64,000 bases of DNA from Patescibacteria group bacterium (GTDB taxonomy: Bacteria > Patescibacteriota > WWE3 > JAMCXX01 > JBBTUG01), in NCBI GenBank assembly GCA_038063895.1, contig JBBTUG010000006.1, positions 6,701 through 70,700 of the forward strand, in the 5' to 3' direction. The position numbers and the translations under genes were made by a program. Under the pieces are notes generated by a model, which was not told where the DNA came from, searched no databases, and saw only the letters and a list, made by a program, of their open reading frames with translations. This document shows, in pieces, positions 10,894 to 19,629 of the stretch; positions within the stretch are counted from its first letter, which is position 1; the number at the start of each line of letters is the position of its first letter.

Positions 10894-11445
10894 ATGCCCT
10901 CATTTCAAGCTGACGGAATCATCGTGAAAAGAATTAATTTCGGCGAGAAAGATAAGATTCTCACTGTGATTACGCGCGATAGTGGAAAAATAAAGACGTT
11001 GGCTAAAGGAATCAGGCGGATTAACAGCCGCCGGGCGGGTAACGTCGAGCTATTTAATTTTGCCCGGCTGCATCTGGCTGTCGGGCGGACTTTTAATATT
11101 TTAACCGAAGCCAAGTTGCTGGAGACTTTCCCGTCGTTTCGGAGTGACCTTAAGAAATCAGCGGCAGCTTTTTATTTTTCCGAATTAGCCGACCGCTTTG
11201 TTCCGGAAGATCAGGAAAACCGGGAGTTATTTTTCATCCTGCTTGCCGCATTCCGGAAGTTAGAGAGCACCCAAAGTATCCAGATGGAGTTTATCCGTGA
11301 GTTTGAGGGCCGATTGCTGGAGCACACCGGTTTTGGCCATGACCGGGAATTTGAGCCCGAAAAACCCTATTTGATGCTGGAGAAAGTGCTGGGAAGGAAC
11401 CTACCTTCCCGCCTTTTTCTAGACCGGGTCTGGGGTATGGAATAA
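10894..11445 (+). CDS. recO: DNA repair protein RecO
   Basis: 'GE.DKILT..T...GK....AKG.R...SRR'. Confidence 0.9.
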   Translation: MPSFQADGIIVKRINFGEKDKILTVITRDSGKIKTLAKGIRRINSRRAGNVELFNFARLHLAVGRTFNILTEAKLLETFPSFRSDLKKSAAAFYFSELADRFVPEDQENRELFFILLAAFRKLESTQSIQMEFIREFEGRLLEHTGFGHDREFEPEKPYLMLEKVLGRNLPSRLFLDRVWGME

Positions 11446-11468
11446 ATGGATTAAATAAGCCTGTGCGT

Positions 11469-11522
11469 ATCTTTAACGAATAGCAAACGATCGTTGAAAA
11501 AAGTTTAAAGATTAATTATACT
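11469..11522 (+). promoter_or_regulatory. Sigma70 promoter of PaaX-like gene 1 overlapped by a 44-bp dyad site
   Basis: TTGAAA(11494)-N17-TATACT(11517); ATCTTTAA-N9-AACGATCGTT-N9-TTAAAGAT at 11469-11512. Confidence 0.65.
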
Positions 11523-11570
11523 GAGAGCGTAGCAAAGTTATCTTGCGAGAGCAAAGATACTTTAATTGAG

Positions 11571-12167
11571 ATGCCACACTCCATTCTACTAAGTAACTTA
11601 CCGCCTAGCGGCGGGTCTTTAACCCTTCGGGACAAAATTCTTTTGAGTCTTTTGTGTGTTGGGGCGATGGTTGAGACTACTTTAGCTGAAGCGTCTACGC
11701 CACAGACTATTGAATATGCTCTAAGTTCCTTGGAGCGGAAGGAGTTTATTCGAAAGAAGCGAGGTTCGATTAAGAGTACAATTTCTTACCTACTGGCCGA
11801 AAAACTTCTTCGGGCCAGCGGGTCGTATCGCAAGAGATCATTTCAGCTGACCGAGGAAGGGTTGAATACTCTTTTTTCCAAGTTTCCCACCCTTAAGTAT
11901 CGGAAGTTTAATTGGGACGGTCGTTGGCGTGTTGTGATTTATGATATCCGTGAACAGGATCACCGTCTCAGAGACCGGTTAAGAACAAGGCTTAAATCCC
12001 TCGGTTTTAAGTTTATGCAAAAAAGTGTTTGGATCTCGCCATATCCGATGGAAGCGGATCTGGAGGATTTTCTCCGAAAAGAAAATCTTTGGGGAAGAAT
12101 CTTCGTCTTTTCGGCGACTTTGCCGAAAAAGGAAAATCTAAAAATAATCCGATTATTTAATCTTTAA
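11571..12167 (+). CDS. PaaX-like regulator (wHTH + Cas2-like fold), short form
   Basis: 'LTEEG', 'WDGRWRVVIYDI.E', 'LK.LGF..MQKSVWISPY'. Confidence 0.85.
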   Translation: MPHSILLSNLPPSGGSLTLRDKILLSLLCVGAMVETTLAEASTPQTIEYALSSLERKEFIRKKRGSIKSTISYLLAEKLLRASGSYRKRSFQLTEEGLNTLFSKFPTLKYRKFNWDGRWRVVIYDIREQDHRLRDRLRTRLKSLGFKFMQKSVWISPYPMEADLEDFLRKENLWGRIFVFSATLPKKENLKIIRLFNL

Positions 12168-12203
12168 GGAAACACATACGATCGTGCGGCAAATATTAAG
12201 GGT
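12160..12203. repeat. Second copy of the 44-bp dyad site, at the 3' end of PaaX-like gene 1
   Basis: ATCTTTAA-N10-ACGATCGT-N10-TTAAGGGT; same centre spacing as 11469-11512. Confidence 0.7.
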
Positions 12204-12249
12204 TAAGAGTGGGAATTAAGGTAGTTAAGTATTGAGTGAAACAAATCAG

Positions 12250-12279
12250 TTGACAGTCGAGAGCCCCTCAGCCTATTAT
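12250..12279 (+). promoter_or_regulatory. Sigma70 promoter upstream of the T-box leader
   Basis: TTGACA-N18-TATTAT. Confidence 0.65.
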
Positions 12280-12297
12280 GTCTTTGAAACTTAATAT

Positions 12298-12429
12298 CGG
12301 TGATGAGGGGGTTGGCAGCCCGGAGCCGGAACGATAAAGAGTCTCGCTTCGGTCAGATGAGGCGGGGAACTAGGGTGGAACCGCCCAAGGATGGGTCCCT
12401 ATGCGTAAAAGCATGGGGTTTTTCGTTTT
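12298..12429 (+). promoter_or_regulatory. Glycine T-box riboswitch (ultrashort Stem I, transcriptional)
   Basis: K-turn-like Stem I with loop GGC-A; Stem III CTCGCTTC/GAGGCGGG; antiterminator AGGG-TGGAACC-GCCCA-AGGA-TGGGT-CCCT; overlapping terminator. Confidence 0.88.
12397..12429 (+). terminator. T-box intrinsic terminator
   Basis: CCCTATGC-GTAAAA-GCATGGGG followed by TTTTTCGTTTT. Confidence 0.85.
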
Positions 12430-12466
12430 GGGGTGGACACTTAAAATTGGAAAGGAGGTGAGAAAA

Positions 12467-12688
12467 ATGGGTAATCAAGCGGGTAACCAAGTTGGTGGTC
12501 CATTGGGTGATCGCTGGCTGAATTTCTTCTGGTACCTGGTTATGATTCTGGGGGTTGGTTCTTTAGTGGTATCTGGGTTTAACCAGGAGTTGGGCATGGT
12601 TGGTGTTGGGCTGACCTGTCTTAGCGTTGTTGTCTTCGCCGTCGTAGCTGCAGTCGGACTGGCAACAATAGGACCAATTGAGAAGTAA
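12467..12688 (+). CDS. Small Gly/Val-rich two-TM membrane protein, unknown function
   Basis: AAAGGAGGTG SD 6 nt before ATG 12467; two hydrophobic stretches. Confidence 0.7.
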   Translation: MGNQAGNQVGGPLGDRWLNFFWYLVMILGVGSLVVSGFNQELGMVGVGLTCLSVVVFAVVAAVGLATIGPIEK

Positions 12689-12701
12689 GAGGTTGAGAGA
12701 C

Positions 12702-12749
12702 AGCGAGGGGATGAAAGGATCTTGTGAAATCGTATGTCATCCCCTCGCT
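12702..12749. other. 13-bp perfect inverted repeat between the small ORF and glyS
   Basis: AGCGAGGGGATGA...TCATCCCCTCGCT; no adjacent U-tract. Confidence 0.7.
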
Positions 12750-12792
12750 AGAAACTATATCATTGGGTTTTTTTAGTGTAAAATTTAACTGT

Positions 12793-14115
12793 ATGGACGA
12801 ACAGACTGATTTAATGAAAAAAATTATTAGCCTGTGTAAACGCCGGGGATTTATCTATCCCGGCAGTGAAATTTACGGGGGGTTGGCCGGGACGTGGGAT
12901 TACGGGCCGCTGGGCACGGAGCTGAAACGCAATATTAAAAATGTGTGGTGGGAAGACGTGGTCCAAAAGCGGGAGGATATGGTAGGGCTCGATGCCGCAA
13001 TTATGATGAACCCGAAAGCCTGGGAGGCTTCAGGGCATGTCGAGGCCTTTACCGACCCGCTCGTCGAATGCAAGGTGTGCAATCAGCGTTTCCGGTCCGA
13101 TAAGCCGAAAGAAATTGAGGCGCACCAGACCGGTCACGAAAAGAAAAAGGAAAAGGTCGACTGGACGCAGCCGCAAAAGTTTAATCTTTTGGTTAAGGCG
13201 TATTTAGGCGTTATTGAAGGTAAGCAGTCCGAGATTTTCCTGCGCGGGGAGATTACCAACGGGGTTCAGGTTAATTTTAAAAATGTTGTTGATTCCACCC
13301 GCGTGAAAATACCTTTCGGCGTGGCCCAGATTGGGAAAGCTTTCCGGAACGAAATTACCCCCGGCAACTTTACCTTCCGCTCCCGGGAATTTGAACAGAT
13401 GGAAACCCAGTTTTACATTAAACCGGAAGCCGGGGAAGCGGAAAAGTGGTTTAACTATTGGAAAGAAGAACGAATGGGCTGGTATCAGCGGCTCGGAATT
13501 AATAAAGATAACCTCCGTTTCCGAGATCACGAACCGGACGAGCGGGCCCATTACGCGACGATGGCCACGGATGTAGAATACAAAGCGCCTTGGGGGTGGG
13601 ACGAGTTTATGGGAATCCACTACCGGGGGGAGTGGGATTTGTCCCGTCACCAGAAGTATTCCGGAGTGAGTTTGACTTATCGGGACCAGGAAACCGGGCA
13701 GACTTTTATTCCGCATGACGTTGAAACCTCCGCCGGGATTGACCGCTCCCTGCTTTTTTTCCTTCTTGACGCTTTTACGGAGGAGGAGAAACGGGTGGTC
13801 CTTAAACTCCATCCCAAACTGGCGCCTTTTAAAGCCGCGGTTTTTCCTCTAGTGGCGAACAAGGAAGACTTGGTTGCCAAAGCCAAAGACGTTTACCACG
13901 CCCTGCAAAGGAAATTTATGGTCGCCTGGGATGCCCGGGGCAATATCGGCAAACGGTACTTTTCCCAGGATGAGATCGGAACCCCCTGGTGTATTACGGT
14001 GGACTATCAGACCTTGCAGGATAACAGTGTAACCATCCGCGACCGGGATACTACCGGACAGGAAAGAGTGAACGCGGACGAATTAAGTACCCTTATCGGT
14101 TCCCGCCTTGAGTAA
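12793..14115 (+). CDS. glyS: Glycine--tRNA ligase, alpha2 (homodimeric) type
   Basis: 'KRRGFIYP..EIYGG', 'FRNEITP', 'REFEQME', 'PH.VETSAG', C-terminal anticodon-binding domain. Confidence 0.96.
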   Translation: MDEQTDLMKKIISLCKRRGFIYPGSEIYGGLAGTWDYGPLGTELKRNIKNVWWEDVVQKREDMVGLDAAIMMNPKAWEASGHVEAFTDPLVECKVCNQRFRSDKPKEIEAHQTGHEKKKEKVDWTQPQKFNLLVKAYLGVIEGKQSEIFLRGEITNGVQVNFKNVVDSTRVKIPFGVAQIGKAFRNEITPGNFTFRSREFEQMETQFYIKPEAGEAEKWFNYWKEERMGWYQRLGINKDNLRFRDHEPDERAHYATMATDVEYKAPWGWDEFMGIHYRGEWDLSRHQKYSGVSLTYRDQETGQTFIPHDVETSAGIDRSLLFFLLDAFTEEEKRVVLKLHPKLAPFKAAVFPLVANKEDLVAKAKDVYHALQRKFMVAWDARGNIGKRYFSQDEIGTPWCITVDYQTLQDNSVTIRDRDTTGQERVNADELSTLIGSRLE

Positions 14116-14197
14116 CAGGCCATCACCTTAAAATCAGGCTTTTTCCAATATTCAGGTCAGAGTATAAAAGTCCATTTTCATATGGGCTAAATCCCTA

Positions 14198-14260
14198 TTG
14201 ACATCCGGCAATCGTAGGTTTTAAATGGTAAAGAAGGGTGTAAAAAGGTGAAAAACGATG
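14198..14260 (+). promoter_or_regulatory. mraZ promoter with decamer MraZ-box-like repeats
   Basis: TTGACA(14198)-N17-TTAAAT; 10-nt periodic A-rich units ending GGTA/GGTG/GGTG/GATG. Confidence 0.6.
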
Positions 14261-14680
14261 AAAATGCTTTTGGGGGAGTACCGCCACAGTTTAGTCGAAG
14301 GTAAAAGGATTTCTTTGCCCAAAAAGATCCGGGAAAAGATCGCGGGTGACGCGGTAATCCTATCGAAGGGTTTCGAAAGTTACGTAGCGGGATTTGATTC
14401 TGAACAATGGGAAAAAACGGCGGAAGCCCCTTTAAACATTCCGCTTTATGATGAGCGGGGGCGGACATTGCGACGGCAGTTTTTCGCTTCGGCGGTGTCC
14501 TCCGAAATAGACGAACAGGGGCGGATCCTTCTTCCGGAGAGTCTATTATCTGCGGCTAATATAAAAGGCGGAGAGGTTATAGTCATCGGCGCGGGGGACC
14601 ACTTTGAAATTTGGGATCCGGCGTTGTGGCAGGAACAATCGGAAAAAGTCAGTAAAGAAGTTGTGAGCGGGAATCGGTAA
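14258..14680 (+). CDS. mraZ: Transcriptional regulator MraZ
   Basis: 'GEY.H', 'D.QGRI.LP', 'IGAGD.FEIW'; heads the dcw cluster. Confidence 0.93.
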   Translation: MKMLLGEYRHSLVEGKRISLPKKIREKIAGDAVILSKGFESYVAGFDSEQWEKTAEAPLNIPLYDERGRTLRRQFFASAVSSEIDEQGRILLPESLLSAANIKGGEVIVIGAGDHFEIWDPALWQEQSEKVSKEVVSGNR

Positions 14681-15564
14681 TGGCCGGGACGTACCACACC
14701 CCAGTTCTTTTAAATGAGGTGCTGAATTTTTTCCGGCCTGGCTTGGAGAAAAAATATATCGATGCCACCTTCGGCTTTGGCGGACATAGTAACGCAATTG
14801 CGGAAAAGGGCGGAACGGTTCTTGGGATTGAAGCCGACGGCGCGGAGATGGGTGTGGTCGGAAAAACCACCGCGGTTAATCCGTCGGTTACCCTGGCCGA
14901 GGGAAATTTTAGAGATATCGGTAGGATTGCGAAAGAGAACGGATTTTTGAGCGTGGCGGGAATTCTTTTCGATCTGGGGCTATCGAGTTGGCAGTTGGAA
15001 ATGTCGGAGCGGGGATTTTCTTTTCAAAGGAATGAGCCTTTAGATATGCGGTTAAATGGTAAGTCGGGGGTTACCGCCGCCGATTTAGTTAACGGTCTGT
15101 ATGAAAATGAGCTTGCAGAACTTTTTAATAAATTTGGGCAGGAGCCTCGAGCTCGACGATTTGCTCGTGTTATTGCTCAGCGACGCCAGATAGAGCCTTT
15201 TAGAAGTGCCGTGGATTTGGCGGGGGTCGTTGAAAAGGCGTCGGGAACAGGAAGAGGAAGGATTCATCCGGCTACCCGGGTGTTTCAAGCGCTTCGGATT
15301 GCGGTTAATCAGGAACTGGAGAATATTTCAACCGCGCTGCCCCAGGCACTTGAACTCTTGGGTAGCGGTGGACGACTGGCTGTTATCAGCTTCCACTCGC
15401 TGGAGGACCGGATTGTTAAGCTTGCCTTTAAAGAGTGGTCTGGCCGGTTTGGGGATGGTGTCCGGATATTGACGCCAAAGCCAATTGTGCCCGGCAGTGC
15501 TGAAATTAGCCGGAACCCGAGATCCCGGAGCGCGAAACTCAGAGTTATGGAGCGAATAATATGA
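14680..15564 (+). CDS. rsmH: 16S rRNA m4C1402 methyltransferase RsmH
   Basis: 'HTPVLL.E', 'DATFG.GGHS', 'DLG.SS.Q', 'FHSLEDR', 'NPRSRSAKLR'. Confidence 0.97.
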   Translation: MAGTYHTPVLLNEVLNFFRPGLEKKYIDATFGFGGHSNAIAEKGGTVLGIEADGAEMGVVGKTTAVNPSVTLAEGNFRDIGRIAKENGFLSVAGILFDLGLSSWQLEMSERGFSFQRNEPLDMRLNGKSGVTAADLVNGLYENELAELFNKFGQEPRARRFARVIAQRRQIEPFRSAVDLAGVVEKASGTGRGRIHPATRVFQALRIAVNQELENISTALPQALELLGSGGRLAVISFHSLEDRIVKLAFKEWSGRFGDGVRILTPKPIVPGSAEISRNPRSRSAKLRVMERII

Positions 15565-15944
15565 GCCGACAAAAACGCGAACTGCTACCTTATCAGAAAA
15601 GGGAAAAAATCGCTCCCGGTTCGTCCGGGAGAAACGGGCAGTTTATCACCGTCGGTCTCGTCGTTATATTTATCTGTCTCCAGGTGGTAATTACAAATCT
15701 ATTTTCGGGGAACGGGAGCGAGCTCCGGGATTTGGAGTCAAAAAAATTGAGCCTGGAAAAAACAAATGAGCAGTTTCGGGGGGAGTTGGCGGCGCTTGGC
15801 TCCTTAACTCGGATTCAATCCGCGGCTGTTAACAATTTAAAGATGACTACCAGTACCGACAGATTAGATTACCTCGTTCCTTCGCAATATAGCGCCGCGT
15901 CCGGAAAGGTGCCAACTCCGGCGACGATCGCCGTCCGTCAGTAA
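15561..15944 (+). CDS. FtsL-like cell division protein
   Basis: Single TM plus coiled coil, between rsmH and the class B PBP. Confidence 0.65.
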   Translation: MSRQKRELLPYQKREKIAPGSSGRNGQFITVGLVVIFICLQVVITNLFSGNGSELRDLESKKLSLEKTNEQFRGELAALGSLTRIQSAAVNNLKMTTSTDRLDYLVPSQYSAASGKVPTPATIAVRQ

Positions 15945-15959
15945 GGTCCTACTTCAACC

Positions 15960-17720
15960 GTGTCCAGCTTCCGCTACCAACTATTTAAACTCCTTTTAAC
16001 TGCCGGCGCCTTATTCGTTATTTCCCGGCTTTTTTACATCCAGGTCGCCAGAAACCAATACTACCGTGCGATGGCTGAGAGGGAACATAGTACGACGACA
16101 GAAATTGCTAACCGCCGCGGCCCGGTCTTTACCAGTGATAATTTTCCCTTAGTTCTTGACCGTCCTTCCTACGTCCTTTTTGCTGAACCAAAAAAAGTCA
16201 TCGAAAAAAGAAAAACTGCAGTTTTATTAGCGGAAGTTCTTTCTTTACCGGAGAGCAGTCAAAGCAGCCAAGGCAGCCAAGGCAGCCGGAGTATTGACCC
16301 GAAAGCGCTTGAGGCTACTCTTGAGTTAGATCTGGATTGGGTGGCTTTGGCGAAACGGTTGTCACTGCTGACGAAGGCGGCGATAAATAAACTTGCCCTT
16401 CCCGGGATCGGTTTTGACGAGGAGTACATCCGTTATTATCCGGAAGGGGTAATGGCCTCGTATGTTTTAGGTTTCTCCGGCTTTAATGACCGGGGCGAAC
16501 AGCAGGGTTACTACGGTCTTGAGGGTTACTATAACGGTGAGTTAAGGGGCCGGGTCGGGCGGGTGACTGAGGAAACAGCCGCTTCAGGCCGTCCAATCGT
16601 GATTGGGGACTACCGGTGGACTTCCGCCCAAGACGGGGCCACTCTTCAACTGACGGTGAGCCGGGGACTGCAATTTTTATTGGAAACGAAGATGGCTGAA
16701 GGTGTAGCCAGATACGGAGCCCGGTCGGCTACGGCGATCTTACTTGATTCCGGCAGCGGCGCCGTACTGGGAATGGCTTCAGCCCCTAATTACAATCCGG
16801 ATAACTACGGAGATGTTTTTAAAAAATCGGCCGAAACTCCGGAGGGGTCTATTTCCGATCCAATAGGTTTCCATAATCCGGCGATTGCGGAAACTTACGA
16901 GCCCGGCTCGGTCATTAAGGGTTTAACGATGTCGGCGGCGATTGAAACGGAAACGGTAAAGCCGAGTACTACTTTTGAGGACAAAGGGCCGGTTTTGGTG
17001 GCGGGGCACTCCGTTAACAATTGGGACGGAAAACATCACGGAACGCAGACAATGATCGAGTTGCTCCAAAAGTCGAATAATATCGGCGCAGCCACGGTCG
17101 GGCAGTGGTTAGGAACCAAAGTGCTACGCGAATATTTTCTTAAATTCGGCCTTGGGGCATTGACCGGAATCGATCTCGAAGGAGAAGCCCTCGGTATTTT
17201 AAAAGAAGAAAAAGATTGGGGAGAAATTGACCTGGTCACGGCGGCTTTCGGTCAGGGATTATCGGCAACTCCTTTGCAGGTAGTTAATGCCTACGCGGCC
17301 ATCGCCAACGGGGGCAGCCTGCTCAAACCGTTTATCGTTTCCCGGATTAGTGACAAGGAAGGGGTTCACACGTTAAAATCTACAAAGATACGGCGGGTGT
17401 TAAGTACGGAAACGGCGGTGACGATGCGGGAGATGCTGACCGCGGCGGCGGAAGGTGGGGAAGCCAAGTTCGCAATCCTGAAGAAATATAAAGTGGCCGG
17501 AAAAACCGGCACGGCGCAAATTCCTGTTCAAGGCCGTTACGACGCTAACCGGACTAACGCCACTTTTGTCGGCTTTTTAACCAACAGCCCGCAATACGTT
17601 CTTTTGGTTAAAATTACCGAGCCGACCACTTCTGTTTACGCCGCGGAAACCGCCGCGCCGCTTTGGATGGAGGTCATGCGGGATCTGGCTGTGATTGAGA
17701 AGATCCCGCCGGACAGGTAA
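15960..17720 (+). CDS. ftsI: Class B penicillin-binding protein (FtsI)
   Basis: 'RG', 'R.YPEG', 'GLE', 'EPGSVIK' (SxxK), 'SNN', 'KTGTAQ'. Confidence 0.92.
   Translation: MSSFRYQLFKLLLTAGALFVISRLFYIQVARNQYYRAMAEREHSTTTEIANRRGPVFTSDNFPLVLDRPSYVLFAEPKKVIEKRKTAVLLAEVLSLPESSQSSQGSQGSRSIDPKALEATLELDLDWVALAKRLSLLTKAAINKLALPGIGFDEEYIRYYPEGVMASYVLGFSGFNDRGEQQGYYGLEGYYNGELRGRVGRVTEETAASGRPIVIGDYRWTSAQDGATLQLTVSRGLQFLLETKMAEGVARYGARSATAILLDSGSGAVLGMASAPNYNPDNYGDVFKKSAETPEGSISDPIGFHNPAIAETYEPGSVIKGLTMSAAIETETVKPSTTFEDKGPVLVAGHSVNNWDGKHHGTQTMIELLQKSNNIGAATVGQWLGTKVLREYFLKFGLGALTGIDLEGEALGILKEEKDWGEIDLVTAAFGQGLSATPLQVVNAYAAIANGGSLLKPFIVSRISDKEGVHTLKSTKIRRVLSTETAVTMREMLTAAAEGGEAKFAILKKYKVAGKTGTAQIPVQGRYDANRTNATFVGFLTNSPQYVLLVKITEPTTSVYAAETAAPLWMEVMRDLAVIEKIPPDR
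16254..16289 (+). repeat. 9-bp tandem repeat x4 inside ftsI
   Basis: agcagtcaa agcagccaa ggcagccaa ggcagccgg = SSQSSQGSQGSR. Confidence 0.8.
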
Positions 17721-17729
17721 AGAATAGAT

Positions 17730-19061
17730 ATGAAATTCATTGCTGAAGGCGGTCTCCCGCTTAAAGGAAATATTTCAATTTCCGGATCGAAAAATGCCGT
17801 GATCAAGATGATCGCAGCGTCTTTGCTGACGGAGGAGGAAGTCGTATTAAACAATGTCCCGGAGATCAAAGACGTTGATTTAATAAAAACTATTGCCGCC
17901 AATTTAGGGGTAAAAATCGACAACTCCGCTCCCCACCGGTTGAAACTCAGAGCGGATAATATTCCGACGACCGTCGTTCCCCAAACTTTGGGTTTACCCT
18001 CCCGGTCAAGTGTTATATTCCTCGGTCCTCTTTTGGCCCGTTTCGGGAAAGTGACATTTCCGGAGCCCGGCGGAGACCTCATCGGAAAACGGCCGATCAA
18101 TTGGCACTTATCCTCTCTTTCCCAACTCGGAGCCAAAGTCTCGTATGAAAACGGTATCTACCAGGCCGAAGCCGCGAAATTAACCGGAAGTACAATTGTT
18201 TTTAAGCGGAATACGGTGATGGGAACGGAAAATTGCCTTTTAGGCGCAACCCTGGCTGAAGGCGAGACTATTCTTTCTAATGCCGCCCAGGAACCGGAAG
18301 TGGACGATTTAATTGATTTGCTGAATAAGATGGGCGCGAAGATTACCCGGGTTGAAGACCGGACCATCAAAATTGTGGGAGTGCCCCGCCTTTCCGGCGC
18401 TAATCACGAAGTCCTTCCCGACCGCAACGAGACCGTAACTTACGCGGTAGCGGCGGTGGCTACCGCCGGAGATTTAACTTTAGAGAATGTCCGGCCGGGA
18501 AATCTGACCGCTTTTTTGGCCAAATTGGAAAAAATGGGCGCACATTTTGAAGCCGGGAAAGACACCCTCCGGGTTTGGCGCGATCCCGGCGTGGTCTTAA
18601 ATCCCGTCAGCGTGGAAACGTCGCCGCACCCCGGATTTATGACCGACTGGCAGCAGCCGTTTTGTATTTTGCTGACCCAGTGTAACGGCGAAAGTTATAT
18701 TTACGAGACGATTTACGCTAACCGCTTCGAATACGTTAAGGAGCTGAACCGGATGGGCGCCCAGGTCCGGCTGATGACTCCCGAGCAGCTCGGTCTCCCG
18801 TTTAAATTGGATGATGAAAGTTACGACGTGGCCGCCAACGGCCAGCCACCGATTGTGGCTAAGATAACCGGGCCGACCGCTCTCCAGGGAAAACGGGTGA
18901 GCATCAGCGATTTAAGAGCCGGAGCGACATTGGTAATTGCCGCTTTAACCGCGACCGGAAAAAGCGAGATTTTGGGAATCGACCACATCGACCGCGGTTA
19001 CGAATTTTTCGATGAAAAAATGCGCTCTATCGGTGCGAAACTGGAACGGGTTGAGGATTAG
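17730..19061 (+). CDS. murA: UDP-N-acetylglucosamine 1-carboxyvinyltransferase (Asp-type)
   Basis: 'SGSKNA', 'PGGDLIGKRP', 'NAA.EPEV', 'PGF.TD.Q', 'DLRAG', 'RGYE'. Confidence 0.95.
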   Translation: MKFIAEGGLPLKGNISISGSKNAVIKMIAASLLTEEEVVLNNVPEIKDVDLIKTIAANLGVKIDNSAPHRLKLRADNIPTTVVPQTLGLPSRSSVIFLGPLLARFGKVTFPEPGGDLIGKRPINWHLSSLSQLGAKVSYENGIYQAEAAKLTGSTIVFKRNTVMGTENCLLGATLAEGETILSNAAQEPEVDDLIDLLNKMGAKITRVEDRTIKIVGVPRLSGANHEVLPDRNETVTYAVAAVATAGDLTLENVRPGNLTAFLAKLEKMGAHFEAGKDTLRVWRDPGVVLNPVSVETSPHPGFMTDWQQPFCILLTQCNGESYIYETIYANRFEYVKELNRMGAQVRLMTPEQLGLPFKLDDESYDVAANGQPPIVAKITGPTALQGKRVSISDLRAGATLVIAALTATGKSEILGIDHIDRGYEFFDEKMRSIGAKLERVED

Positions 19062-19624
19062 TTGCCGGAAAAGGCCATCAACTCCCGCAGTTTGGCGATT
19101 GACCGGTAGACGATTGTGGAGACATTGGTTTCGGAAAGACCCAACTGCGCGGCGATAGTTTTGTTCGTTTGTCCCTCGTAAAATTTTAAGTAGATAATTT
19201 CTTTTTCTCTTGCCGGAAGAGTGGCCAAGATTTCATCGATGTCGTTTTTTAGATCCATCTCCAGATAGCTTTCCTCAGGATCCTTAGTTTTATCCGGGAC
19301 AGTTTCCGCCTCCTGAAAAGGAAGCTTCCGGTTTACTTCCCGCGTGTACTGGCGGTAATAATCGATAAGAGTATTGCCGGCGATCCGGTAAAGCCAGGCC
19401 GAGAAGGAAACGCCCTGCCATTTATAATTGTCGAGGCCGGTGAAAGCCTTTTCGAAAACTTTAGCGGTCAGTTCATCCGCCGTTTCCGCCGGGACGTGGC
19501 GGAGAAAATAACTTTTTATATAGGGATAGTAATGCTCAAAGAGGGGTGCGAAATACTTTTTATCCCGGCGGCATTTTTTAATAAGGTCTTCTTCGAGTGC
19601 CGGATTTAAGGAAATTTTTGACAT
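19058..19624 (-). CDS. ECF-type RNA polymerase sigma factor
   Basis: 'FSAWLYRIA.N..IDYYR' region 2; 'LP.RE...I.L.FYEG...K.IA..LG.S' region 4. Confidence 0.92.
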   Translation of the reverse strand: MSKISLNPALEEDLIKKCRRDKKYFAPLFEHYYPYIKSYFLRHVPAETADELTAKVFEKAFTGLDNYKWQGVSFSAWLYRIAGNTLIDYYRQYTREVNRKLPFQEAETVPDKTKDPEESYLEMDLKNDIDEILATLPAREKEIIYLKFYEGQTNKTIAAQLGLSETNVSTIVYRSIAKLRELMAFSGN

Positions 19625-19629
19625 CAGAG

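Noticed and set aside
12401-12466. Longer start for the small membrane ORF (and 12724 for glyS, 60928 for dinD, 53031 for lepB)
   Set aside because: These starts fall in the terminator, a hairpin, the relE gene or the tRNA; downstream ATGs fit better
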